Virus record (IMG/VR): IMGVR_UViG_3300040770_000247 | Coordinates: 1-61,491 of that record | DNA: 61,491 nucleotides | Direction: 5' to 3' (one strand) | Source of the DNA: a virus | Lineage: Duplodnaviria > Caudoviricetes | In this document: in pieces, positions 18,578-27,038 of the stretch | Position numbering within the stretch: the first letter of the stretch is position 1 | Layout: each line of letters opens with the position of its first letter | Notes under the pieces: generated by a model | What the model saw: the letters and a program-made list of their open reading frames with translations, nothing else | The model's database searches: none | Told to the model about the DNA's origin: nothing | Position numbers and translations under genes: made by a program

Positions 18578-19003
18578 ATGCCTTTTGACAACATCGATGC
18601 AATGCCGCTTTTCTCGGCTCACTTGGGTAAATCTCGAGTCGACCGCATCCGCTACAGCCGGGTGATGAACACCCAGCGCCAGCCCCGTGCCCGCAACATC
18701 GACAACACCCTGATGGACTTCATGCAGCGGCACCAGCCGCATGCTGAGAACTGCCCCATTGATGACATCATCCAGGGCATAGCACGACTGGACCATCAGC
18801 AAACAACAGGGGGGTCTAAACCCCTCAGTGTTAATCGGCTGTACAACATCCTGCAGTGCATGCCCGTCATTAACACACGCGAAGTCATGGCCATGATGGT
18901 CATTGAAGAACGCCAAGCACAGAAGTACATCAAAGCAATTAAGTTGGTGATGTTTCATATCAACCGACACTTGGCCCTTACTTCAGTCTCCGCAGCGGTA
19001 TAA
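18578..19003 (+). CDS. Hypothetical protein, possible C-terminal winged HTH
   Basis: GGAG RBS; INTREVMAMMVIEERQAQKYIKAI pattern. Confidence 0.55.
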   Translation: MPFDNIDAMPLFSAHLGKSRVDRIRYSRVMNTQRQPRARNIDNTLMDFMQRHQPHAENCPIDDIIQGIARLDHQQTTGGSKPLSVNRLYNILQCMPVINTREVMAMMVIEERQAQKYIKAIKLVMFHINRHLALTSVSAAV

Positions 19004-19042
19004 CATTACCGCTTAATCCAACCACCACTAACAGGGCGCATC

Positions 19043-19408
19043 ATGCACCAATGCAAGTCTATTGGGTGCGGGGTAGTTATTACCTCCAATACTGATAAGG
19101 ACTATTGCAAGGACTGCGAAACTTTCACCGTCGAGTTTATGGACAAGGGCCGCTTCAACGAAGAACCCTCAATGTCTGAACTCTACCCCAAGTACTACAA
19201 AGACTTCTCCGGGGATAACGAAGCGGACGTGTACTTAGTGCACCACCGCTTTGAGCTCCAGGACTTCAGTGGTGCCCTCCACCATTCAAGTAAGAAGATC
19301 CTACTGTCCGGCGTACGCACGGGCGGTAAGACTCAATACATGGACATTAAAGAAGCACGCGATACCTTGAATCGCTGGCTGCAAATCAATAAACCTGCTG
19401 AGGAATAA
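19043..19408 (+). CDS. Phage protein with N-terminal Zn finger and DUF3310-like C-terminus
   Basis: C..C...CKDC; DVY...HHSSKKILLSGVR.GGK...DIKEARDTL. Confidence 0.6.
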   Translation: MHQCKSIGCGVVITSNTDKDYCKDCETFTVEFMDKGRFNEEPSMSELYPKYYKDFSGDNEADVYLVHHRFELQDFSGALHHSSKKILLSGVRTGGKTQYMDIKEARDTLNRWLQINKPAEE

Positions 19409-19410
19409 CC

Positions 19411-19626
19411 ATGTTGCTATGGGTCATCCCCCGTTTCGTTACACGCTACTACAGTTGTAGGGATGACCCAGAATCACCTGACAGTAAAGTTCTGGCTCGT
19501 ATCCACACCGAAGACTTACCCCACATTCCAGCGGCTACTCGCGTAGTCAAACTGAAGTACCTCACTTGGTTAAACAGGCGGTTCTTTATAACTGGGTATG
19601 AATCCAGACCTCCAACAAACAGGTAA
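19411..19626 (+). CDS. Hypothetical protein
   Basis: GAGGA RBS; in operon. Confidence 0.5.
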   Translation: MLLWVIPRFVTRYYSCRDDPESPDSKVLARIHTEDLPHIPAATRVVKLKYLTWLNRRFFITGYESRPPTNR

Positions 19627-19630
19627 TACC

Positions 19631-20605
19631 ATGCGCCGTTTTCTTAATAACAGCTCAGTCCCACTGTCGCTGGCGGTCTTTCTCGCCACGGATAACTACG
19701 ATTACGATGCTGAAACCATTTCAGTTACAGCACTCCTTAAACCCCTCAAGCAACTTGTGTTGGGTGCCCGAGTGCCACAAGAGTTAGGCCTGGCTGATAT
19801 TGATGGCTTGGTCCCATCACGCCTGGGCTCGGCTATTCACGATGGCATTGAGCGCTCCTGGTTGACCAACTCCAGCGAAGCCATGCTTGCCTTGGGCTAC
19901 CCCAAGGGCATGGTGGATAAAGTCCTGGTTAACCCAGAACCCCACCAGCTGTATGACGGCTGCATTCCTGTCTACCTGGAGCGCCGTTCCAGCAAGATGA
20001 TCGGTGGCCGTAAGGTCAGCGGTAAGTTCGACTTCGTGGGCGACGGTCGTGTTGAAGACTTCAAGACCACCTCGGTCTACACCTGGATCAACAACACCAA
20101 AGATGAGGAATACATCTGGCAAGGCAGTCTGTACCGCTGGCTGAACCAGGACATCGTGACTCAAGACACCTTGGCCATTCAGTTCATCTTTACCGACTGG
20201 TCCAGTGCCCTGGCTCGCAGCGATGCCCAGTACCCCGCCAAACGTGTGATGCAGAGGGTCTACAAGCTCAAGTCAGTACGCGAAGCTGAATCCTTCGTGG
20301 AGCAGAAGATTCGCCTGATCGACACCAACTGGAACCTCCCCCAAAACGAGCTGCCGCCCTGCACAGATAAAGACCTGTGGCGTAAAAAAGCGCAGTTCAA
20401 GTACTACAAAAATCCAGAAAAGATGTCGCGTTCAACCAAGAACTTCGACAACAAGCAGGATGCTTACATCTTCATGGCTGAGAACAAGAACCTAGGCATG
20501 GTTAAAGAAGTACCTGGCCAAGTCGTGGCCTGCAAGTACTGCCCAGCCTTCCCCATCTGTGAACAAGCCCAAGGCCTCGTAGCCTCCGGTGACCTCATCC
20601 TTTAA
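19631..20605 (+). CDS. PD-(D/E)XK exonuclease (N4 gp42-like)
   Basis: SGKFDFV...VEDFKTT; C-terminal CKYC..C; precedes the primase as in N4. Confidence 0.8.
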   Translation: MRRFLNNSSVPLSLAVFLATDNYDYDAETISVTALLKPLKQLVLGARVPQELGLADIDGLVPSRLGSAIHDGIERSWLTNSSEAMLALGYPKGMVDKVLVNPEPHQLYDGCIPVYLERRSSKMIGGRKVSGKFDFVGDGRVEDFKTTSVYTWINNTKDEEYIWQGSLYRWLNQDIVTQDTLAIQFIFTDWSSALARSDAQYPAKRVMQRVYKLKSVREAESFVEQKIRLIDTNWNLPQNELPPCTDKDLWRKKAQFKYYKNPEKMSRSTKNFDNKQDAYIFMAENKNLGMVKEVPGQVVACKYCPAFPICEQAQGLVASGDLIL

Positions 20606-20618
20606 CCAGGAGACTCCT

Positions 20619-22766
20619 ATGCTTTCGTTTGATGAAATGGACTATCACCCTGCTTCAGAGAAGCTGGTGCAAATCCTCTGCGATAAGACGCAGAACACCA
20701 GTCCGTTGTTTTTCCGTGTGTTGGTGGCGTACTACTTCTCAGTAGTCGCCTCACAAATGCGCTGCATGATCGCTACAAAAGACCGCGGTGACATCCCCGT
20801 CAATATGTACGCCCTCAACCTGTCCCCATCCGGTACGGGCAAAGGCTACTCCACCGGGATCATTGAAAAGAGCGTGATCAAGCAATTCCGTGAGCGCTTC
20901 CAGCACGAAACCTTTCCTCTGTTAGCTGAACGCAACTTGCCTAAGCTGGCCAACAAGCGAGCGCTGCGCAAAAGCTGTGACCCCGATGAAGAATTGGAAA
21001 GGGTTTGCAAGGAATTCGAGGGGCTGGGTGAGCTGCTGTTTAGCTTTAACTCGGGCACTGCGCCTGCTGTTAAGCAGATGCGCCATAAGCTCCTCATGGC
21101 AGACGCAGGTTCTGTGAACCTGGAGATCGATGAGATCGGCTGCAACCTGATGAGCAACAGCGAAGTGTTGGAGACCTTCCTTGAGCTGTACGACCAGGGC
21201 GAAGTGAAGTCCAAGCTGATCAAGAACTCTGCTGAGAACAAGCGCAGCGAGGAGATCCGCGGTAACACGCCCACCAACATGATGCTGTTTGGTACACCTT
21301 CCCGGCTCTTTGACGGTGCTCAGGTAGAACAAACGCTCCTGGCATTCATGGACACTGGGTACTCTCGCCGGTGCTTCTTCGGCTACCTGAAGGGAGCCAC
21401 TAAAAACACCAAGCTCACAAAAGAAGCCATCTACGACCTGCACACAAACCAGGAATCTGATGGGTACCTGGACGAAATCGCGCAGAAGCTGGCTAACCTG
21501 GCTGACATTATCAACGTCAACAAGAAGCTGGTAATGACCAAGGAAACCAGCCTGGAACTCATCGAGTACCGGTTGCATTGCGAACGCACTGCAGAGCTGT
21601 TGCCAGAGCACGCCGAGATGCAGAAGGCAGAGATGTCCCACCGCTACTTCAAGGTGCTCAAGCTGGCGGGTGCCTATGCCTTTATCGACGACTCGACAGA
21701 GCTGACAATAGACCACCTGCACTTTGCCATGAAACTGGCTGAGGATAGTGGCGCTGCATTTGAGCTAATGCTCACCCGTGACCGTCCTTACGTGAAACTG
21801 GCCAAGTACCTGGCAGCTGTGGGTAAGGAAGTCACCCAGGCTGATCTGGTGGAAGACCTCCCGTTCTACAAGGGCGGTGTCTCTCAGAAGAACGAGATGC
21901 TTATGCACGCCACGGCGTGGGGCTACAAGAACAACGTCATCATCAAAAAAGCTTTCAACGATGGCATTGAGTTTCTGCGTGGCGAAAGCCTCAAGGAAAC
22001 TGACTTGAGCAAAATGGTCATCAGCTACAGCAACGACATCGTGGCCAACTTCCAAAACGAAGTGGCACCGTTCGATCAACTGCACCGCCTCACCCAAGCA
22101 CAAGGCATGCACTGGGTCAGCCACCACCTGAAGGACGGGTACCGCAACGAAGACAACGCCATCCCAGGCTTCAACCTGGTGGTGATCGATGTCGACGGTG
22201 GGGTGAACATGAGCACAGCCAAGCTGCTGCTCAAGGACTACAAGTTCCTGATGTACACCACCAAGCGGCACACCGATATGGAGCACCGCTTCCGTATCAT
22301 CCTGCCCCTCAACTACGAGCTGAAGCTGGACGCCAAGGACTTCAAAGAGTTCATGGCCAACATCTTCCAGTGGTTGCCATTCCAGGTAGACGATGCCACC
22401 AACCAGCGGGCACGCAAGTGGTTAAGCCATACCGGCCACTTTGAGTACAACGAAGGTGAGATGTTGGATGCCCTGCCCTTCATCCCGAAAACCAGTAAGA
22501 ACGAGGCCCGTCAGGCTCGCTTCGATAGCCAGCAGTCGCTGGATAACCTGGAACGCTGGGTGATCAACAACAGTGGTGACGGCAACCGCAATAACCAGAT
22601 GCTCAAGTACGCCATGGTCCTGGTGGATGCTGGCTTTGACTTTGACGGGGTACGCATCCGTGTATTCGACCTCAATAACAAGATGGTCGACAAGCTCGAT
22701 GAGTCAGAACTGATGGGCACCATCATGGTCACCGTAGGCCGATCACTGGCCAAACGCGCCGCTTAA
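20619..22766 (+). CDS. DNA primase (N4 gp43-like, P-loop plus primase/PriCT)
   Basis: SPSGTGKG Walker A; VIDVDG; YTTKRH...HRFRIILP; GNRNN. Confidence 0.9.
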   Translation: MLSFDEMDYHPASEKLVQILCDKTQNTSPLFFRVLVAYYFSVVASQMRCMIATKDRGDIPVNMYALNLSPSGTGKGYSTGIIEKSVIKQFRERFQHETFPLLAERNLPKLANKRALRKSCDPDEELERVCKEFEGLGELLFSFNSGTAPAVKQMRHKLLMADAGSVNLEIDEIGCNLMSNSEVLETFLELYDQGEVKSKLIKNSAENKRSEEIRGNTPTNMMLFGTPSRLFDGAQVEQTLLAFMDTGYSRRCFFGYLKGATKNTKLTKEAIYDLHTNQESDGYLDEIAQKLANLADIINVNKKLVMTKETSLELIEYRLHCERTAELLPEHAEMQKAEMSHRYFKVLKLAGAYAFIDDSTELTIDHLHFAMKLAEDSGAAFELMLTRDRPYVKLAKYLAAVGKEVTQADLVEDLPFYKGGVSQKNEMLMHATAWGYKNNVIIKKAFNDGIEFLRGESLKETDLSKMVISYSNDIVANFQNEVAPFDQLHRLTQAQGMHWVSHHLKDGYRNEDNAIPGFNLVVIDVDGGVNMSTAKLLLKDYKFLMYTTKRHTDMEHRFRIILPLNYELKLDAKDFKEFMANIFQWLPFQVDDATNQRARKWLSHTGHFEYNEGEMLDALPFIPKTSKNEARQARFDSQQSLDNLERWVINNSGDGNRNNQMLKYAMVLVDAGFDFDGVRIRVFDLNNKMVDKLDESELMGTIMVTVGRSLAKRAA

Positions 22767-22768
22767 TC

Positions 22769-22790
22769 AAAGGCCCTTCGGGGCCTTTTC
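22769..22790 (+). terminator. Rho-independent terminator
   Basis: AAAGGCCC-TTCG-GGGCCTTT-T. Confidence 0.8.
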
Positions 22791-22881
22791 TAATTCTGCA
22801 GGAACACCCTCGATGGTGATGGCTGCAACCGGCATGCGTCTAGTAGACGCCTCCGGCCAAACTAGAGTGGAGATGGGAACC

Positions 22882-23391
22882 ATGGGCTGCGACATCCATT
22901 GGTATAGCGAAACCAGGCACTACCGTACCCCAGAAAAAATAGACCCTCGGTGGCACTGTGACCAAGGGGATTCTCTTCAGATCATTAAAGAAGACAACAA
23001 CTACCCCCAGATGGACGACTTCCCCAATCGAACCCGTGATTACTGGTTCTTTGGTCTGTTGTTCAACGGCGTAAGAACCGACTGGACTTTTGCCTTCCCG
23101 GGTAAATGCCTACTACCTACAGACCTCAGCTCTGAAGTGCAGGCTGTTCACGACTACTGGGGTAAGGACGCACACAGCCAAAACTGGCTGACCCGTAAAG
23201 AACTGGAAGACAAGCTCGCAGAGCTCCACCTGGTTCAAGCAGAGATGCTTATTAATCCCCGACCCTATGAAACGACTGCGCATGTGCAGCACATGATTGG
23301 GCGCTTGAAAGAGACCATCGACTCAATGCTCACCGTGTCCCCTGACGCGGACAGCGAAGACCATCGCCTGGTCTTCTGGTTCGACAACTAA
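22882..23391 (+). CDS. Conserved phage hypothetical protein
   Basis: MGCDIH...RDYWFFGLL..GVR...HSQNWLT..EL...RLVFWFDN family. Confidence 0.75.
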   Translation: MGCDIHWYSETRHYRTPEKIDPRWHCDQGDSLQIIKEDNNYPQMDDFPNRTRDYWFFGLLFNGVRTDWTFAFPGKCLLPTDLSSEVQAVHDYWGKDAHSQNWLTRKELEDKLAELHLVQAEMLINPRPYETTAHVQHMIGRLKETIDSMLTVSPDADSEDHRLVFWFDN

Positions 23392-23447
23392 CAGGTGCCC
23401 GTCCGGGCACTTGGTGAAATTCCACAAACCGTTTACTCGGAGTTCAA

Positions 23448-24176
23448 ATGAGTAGTCCTGTTAACGACCACCTGGTCTTGCTGTGCGGTAAATCCGCCAC
23501 CGGCAAGTCCGCATCATTGATGCAACTGGATAATCCAGAAGGGGTTATGTACCTCAACTGTGAGGCCGGTAAACGCTTACCCTTCCGGGCTAAGTTCAAG
23601 CAGTACACCATCACCGATCCCCTGCAAGTTAACGAGGCTTTTGAAGCCGCAGAAAACATGCCGGACGTACACACCATTGTGGTGGACTCCCTTACTTATC
23701 TAATGGATATGTATGAGTCGGTGTATGTAGTGGGCTCCACTAACACCATGACTCAATGGTCTGCGTTCGCTCAGTACTTTAAAACCCTGCTGCAGTACTA
23801 TGTGGCCAAGTCCACCAAGAATGTGATCTTCACCGCGCACACCCATGACACGCTGAATGAAGGCGATATGGTCATGGAAACCAAAGTGCCCATTAAAGGT
23901 GCCATCAAGCACAACGGCGTGGAGTCTTACTTCAGCCTTGTTATTGCATCAAAGAAGGTGCCATTAAAGAACTTGAAGGACTACGGCTCTTCATTGCTTA
24001 CCATCACACCGGAAGAAGAAGCCCTAGGTTTCAAATATGTATTCCAGACTAAGCTGACCAAAGAAACAGTCAATGAACGACTGCGCGGTCCACTGGGATT
24101 GTTTGAAACCAAGGAAACTTTCATGGACAACAACATGCAACTGGTTCTTAACCAACTGCACGGGTACTACCAGTAG
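23448..24176 (+). CDS. AAA ATPase (N4 gp44 / Sak4-like)
   Basis: GKSATGKS Walker A; IVVDS Walker B. Confidence 0.88.
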   Translation: MSSPVNDHLVLLCGKSATGKSASLMQLDNPEGVMYLNCEAGKRLPFRAKFKQYTITDPLQVNEAFEAAENMPDVHTIVVDSLTYLMDMYESVYVVGSTNTMTQWSAFAQYFKTLLQYYVAKSTKNVIFTAHTHDTLNEGDMVMETKVPIKGAIKHNGVESYFSLVIASKKVPLKNLKDYGSSLLTITPEEEALGFKYVFQTKLTKETVNERLRGPLGLFETKETFMDNNMQLVLNQLHGYYQ

Positions 24177-24229
24177 TACTCAACCCAACTTGCTGCACTC
24201 CCCCTCTTACTTGAACAAAGGTATACACC

Positions 24230-24958
24230 ATGAACATGCTCGCAACCCTGACTACTGACACTAACATCGAAGACGAACGCGATTACCTGGGTGGTAGCCG
24301 TGTGCGTGAATCCGGCCTGCACCCTTTCACTGTAGCACTGGCTTACTTGGAGAAATCCAAGGGCGGTGCACTGGCGCTGAACCTGACCCTGAAAGACGGT
24401 TCCGGTGAAGTCCGTCAGCAAATCTGGATGACCTCTGGCGATGCCAAGGGCAACAAGAACTACTACGAGAAGGACGGTGCAAAGAACTACCTTCCTGGCT
24501 TCATCCAGGCTAACGCCCTGGCACTGCTGACCACTGGCAAAGAAATCAGCCAGCTGGACACTGAAGACAAAGTGGTCAACGTCTACAACTTCGACGCCAA
24601 AGGTGAAGTGCCTACCAAGGTTTCCATGGTTATGGACTTGCTGGGCAAAGAAGTTCTGGTTGGCTTGGTTAAGCAGACCGTCGACAAGAACATCAAGGAC
24701 GCTGCCGGTAACTACGTTCCGAGCGGTGAGACCCGTGACGAGAACGAAATCGACAAGCTGTTCCGCGCCTCTGACCGCAAGACCACTGCCGAGATCCGCG
24801 CACAAGCAGACACTGCTGTGTTCGCTGACACCTGGGCTACCAAGTGGACCGGTCAGACCAAAAACAAGACCAGCAAATCTGGCGGTACTGCCGGTGCTCC
24901 TAAAGCAATCGGTGGCCTGGCCAGTGGGGGTAAGCCGACTACCAGCCTGTTCGGTTAA
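24230..24958 (+). CDS. ssb: Single-stranded DNA-binding protein (N4 gp45-like)
   Basis: N4 synteny; NYLPGF...GETRDENEIDKLF; C-terminal SLFG. Confidence 0.85.
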   Translation: MNMLATLTTDTNIEDERDYLGGSRVRESGLHPFTVALAYLEKSKGGALALNLTLKDGSGEVRQQIWMTSGDAKGNKNYYEKDGAKNYLPGFIQANALALLTTGKEISQLDTEDKVVNVYNFDAKGEVPTKVSMVMDLLGKEVLVGLVKQTVDKNIKDAAGNYVPSGETRDENEIDKLFRASDRKTTAEIRAQADTAVFADTWATKWTGQTKNKTSKSGGTAGAPKAIGGLASGGKPTTSLFG

Positions 24959-24998
24959 TTTCCCTTGCTCAAGGATGAGCACTTATTTTGGAAACCCT

Positions 24999-25397
24999 AT
25001 GTCTCTTTCCGCTAAACAAGTAATCGCCATTGAAGAAACGCCGTTTCCTTCCATGGTCGCTGCACTGGCTAAACCTGGCAGTGCTATTCGTGATTCCCTA
25101 GACCCGTCCCGCTGCCACCTGTTGCACATGGTTATGGGCATCAGTGGTGAGTCGGGTGAGCTGCTTGATGCCATCAAGAAGTACGTCATCTACAACAAGT
25201 CCCTGGACATCACCAACGTCATTGAAGAACTTGGTGACCTGGAGTTTTACCTAGAAGGGCTACGGGCTGAGCTGGGTATCACCCGTGAACAGACCTTGCG
25301 CGCTAACAAAATGAAGTTATTGGGTAAGCGCTACGCCAGTGGTGCCTACTCCGATGACCAAGCTATTACCCGTGCAGATAAGGTAGACGCCGAATGA
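24999..25397 (+). CDS. MazG-like nucleotide pyrophosphohydrolase
   Basis: GISGESGELLDAIKK...EELGDLEFY...N..KL..RY. Confidence 0.85.
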   Translation: MSLSAKQVIAIEETPFPSMVAALAKPGSAIRDSLDPSRCHLLHMVMGISGESGELLDAIKKYVIYNKSLDITNVIEELGDLEFYLEGLRAELGITREQTLRANKMKLLGKRYASGAYSDDQAITRADKVDAE

Positions 25398-25759
25398 ACG
25401 ATCAAGCCGTTGAGCAAGAAATCCAAGCTAAAGGCCTTACCGCTCCTAGGGTAACCCCACAAATGATTCAAGACAGCATCGCGTCTGAGCATTTTTTTAC
25501 CGCAGCTGAAGGCTGCTTAGGGCATTCCGTAGCTTTAAGTACTGAATTGGAAGCCGATCCAGGCAACCTATTTTTTCTAACCTTCTGTGTGTTGCAGCTC
25601 AAAAACGGTTTTATTGTTACAGGTGAATCTGCGTGCGCATCCCCACAAAACTTTGACCGTGAGCTAGGTGAGTCAATTGCTCGACAGAATGCCATGCAGA
25701 AAATTTGGCAATTAGAAGGTTACCTGCTTCGCCAGCGGTTGCATGAGCAAGGCATCTAA
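25394..25759 (+). CDS. Phage_gp49_66-family protein
   Basis: LTFCVLQLKNGFIVTGESACASPQNFD.ELG..IA...KIWQLEGYLL. Confidence 0.85.
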   Translation: MNDQAVEQEIQAKGLTAPRVTPQMIQDSIASEHFFTAAEGCLGHSVALSTELEADPGNLFFLTFCVLQLKNGFIVTGESACASPQNFDRELGESIARQNAMQKIWQLEGYLLRQRLHEQGI

Positions 25760-26328
25760 TGCTGCTCAACGTGACGGGGATGGACCCCAGTTTGAGAAAT
25801 TGGGGCCTGGCCTGTGGCAAGTACGACACTGAAACCAAGCAACTGACCATCCTCCACATGGAGGTCACTTCTGCCGTACTGCCCACCGGCAAACAAGTAC
25901 GCCAGAACAGCTTGGATTTGGAGTCTGCTTGCCAACTCTACCAGGGGGCTAAGGCTTACCTGGAGGGCGCTCAAGCGGTCTTTGTCGAAGTCCCAGTTGG
26001 TAGCCAGTCTGCCCGTGCAATGGCCTCCTATGGCATCTGTGTGGGCGTACTGGGCGGTCTACGTGCAGCAGGCAATCCCTTCTTTGAGGTCACCCCCACT
26101 GAAGTGAAGATGGCTGGACCTGGTAAGAAGACTGCCTCCAAGAACGAGATGATCGCCTGGGCTATGAATGCCCATCCAGAAGCACCGTGGCCCACCTACA
26201 AGTCCAACGGCAAAGTCGTGGTCAGCGAAGCCAAAGCTGAGCACATGGCTGATGCCATTGGCGCTATCTATGCCGGACTCAAGTGCCACGCATTCCAATC
26301 CATGTTGCCGCTCATCAAAGCGGCGTAG
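25759..26328 (+). CDS. RuvC-like Holliday junction resolvase
   Basis: GMDPSLRNWG, VFVEVP, PTEVK, EHMADA. Confidence 0.8.
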   Translation: MLLNVTGMDPSLRNWGLACGKYDTETKQLTILHMEVTSAVLPTGKQVRQNSLDLESACQLYQGAKAYLEGAQAVFVEVPVGSQSARAMASYGICVGVLGGLRAAGNPFFEVTPTEVKMAGPGKKTASKNEMIAWAMNAHPEAPWPTYKSNGKVVVSEAKAEHMADAIGAIYAGLKCHAFQSMLPLIKAA

Positions 26329-26346
26329 AACACCGAGGTAATTTTT

Positions 26347-26718
26347 ATGCTGATCCAGATACGCCAGAAAGAAATTGAAACCGCTATCCAGATGTACATT
26401 GCTGCACAAGGCATTACCCTCAAAGGTAAGTCTGTGTCGATCGCCTTCACGGCAGGTCGTCGTGATTCCGGTCTCACTGCAGATGTCGACATTGTGGACA
26501 CTGCCCCAAGCAAAGACTTCTCTGAGCACTTGGCTGCTATGTGCTCACCTGAAGCAGTGGCTAAAGCTGTACAGGAAACAGTCAAAGAGCAGCCCGAAGG
26601 TGAAGCACCAGTTCAGGAAGAAGCGTGTGCTGAAGCAGATGCTGAGCCCGTAGAAGAAGAAAAACATCCAGAAGTCGACACCGCAATTGAAGTAAAAACC
26701 GCAAGCCTGTTCTCGTAA
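26347..26718 (+). CDS. N4-like hypothetical protein with acidic tail
   Basis: EIETAI..YI...FTAGR..GLTA motif; GAGG RBS. Confidence 0.7.
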   Translation: MLIQIRQKEIETAIQMYIAAQGITLKGKSVSIAFTAGRRDSGLTADVDIVDTAPSKDFSEHLAAMCSPEAVAKAVQETVKEQPEGEAPVQEEACAEADAEPVEEEKHPEVDTAIEVKTASLFS

Positions 26719-26727
26719 GGTTTTGGT

Positions 26728-26940
26728 ATGGACGCCATCAAAGTCTTTAAATGGATTATGTACGGCGCAGTAGGGATCGTGGTTGCGGTGATGTCGTTTT
26801 TAATAGGCATCACCGTTTCCATTATCCTAACAGCGGTCTATTCACTCGCCGTGGCATTAGGCATATCAGCTTTGTCAGGTCTTGTTATTCAAGACCTTCT
26901 CGAGAAGCCAAAAAAGGCTGACACAAAAAAGCCCCCATGA
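26728..26940 (+). CDS. Small membrane protein
   Basis: Long hydrophobic stretch and basic C-tail. Confidence 0.6.
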   Translation: MDAIKVFKWIMYGAVGIVVAVMSFLIGITVSIILTAVYSLAVALGISALSGLVIQDLLEKPKKADTKKPP

Positions 26941-26950
26941 AGGGGGCTTT
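26925..26950. terminator. Bidirectional terminator at the middle/late convergence
   Basis: AAAAAAGCCCCC-ATGAA-GGGGGCTTT. Confidence 0.7.
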
Positions 26951-26959
26951 ACCAAAGAC

Positions 26960-27002
26960 GGTATTGGAATAGGTGAATAGTTTATTCCCCTATTCCAATA
27001 CC
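26960..27002. repeat. Long near-perfect inverted repeat
   Basis: GGTATTGGAATAGG-T-GAATA / GTT / TATTC-C-CCTATTCCAATACC. Confidence 0.85.
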
Positions 27003-27038
27003 CTCCCAGAAAAAGAGTCCATCCCTGGACTTATCTAT

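Noticed and set aside
19631-20605. Cas4 / CRISPR adaptation gene
   Set aside because: It is the conserved N4 gp42-like nuclease in its usual position before the primase
24603-24998. Long N-terminal extension of the MazG-like ORF
   Set aside because: Overlaps ssb out of frame; the MazG domain begins after about 24975-24999
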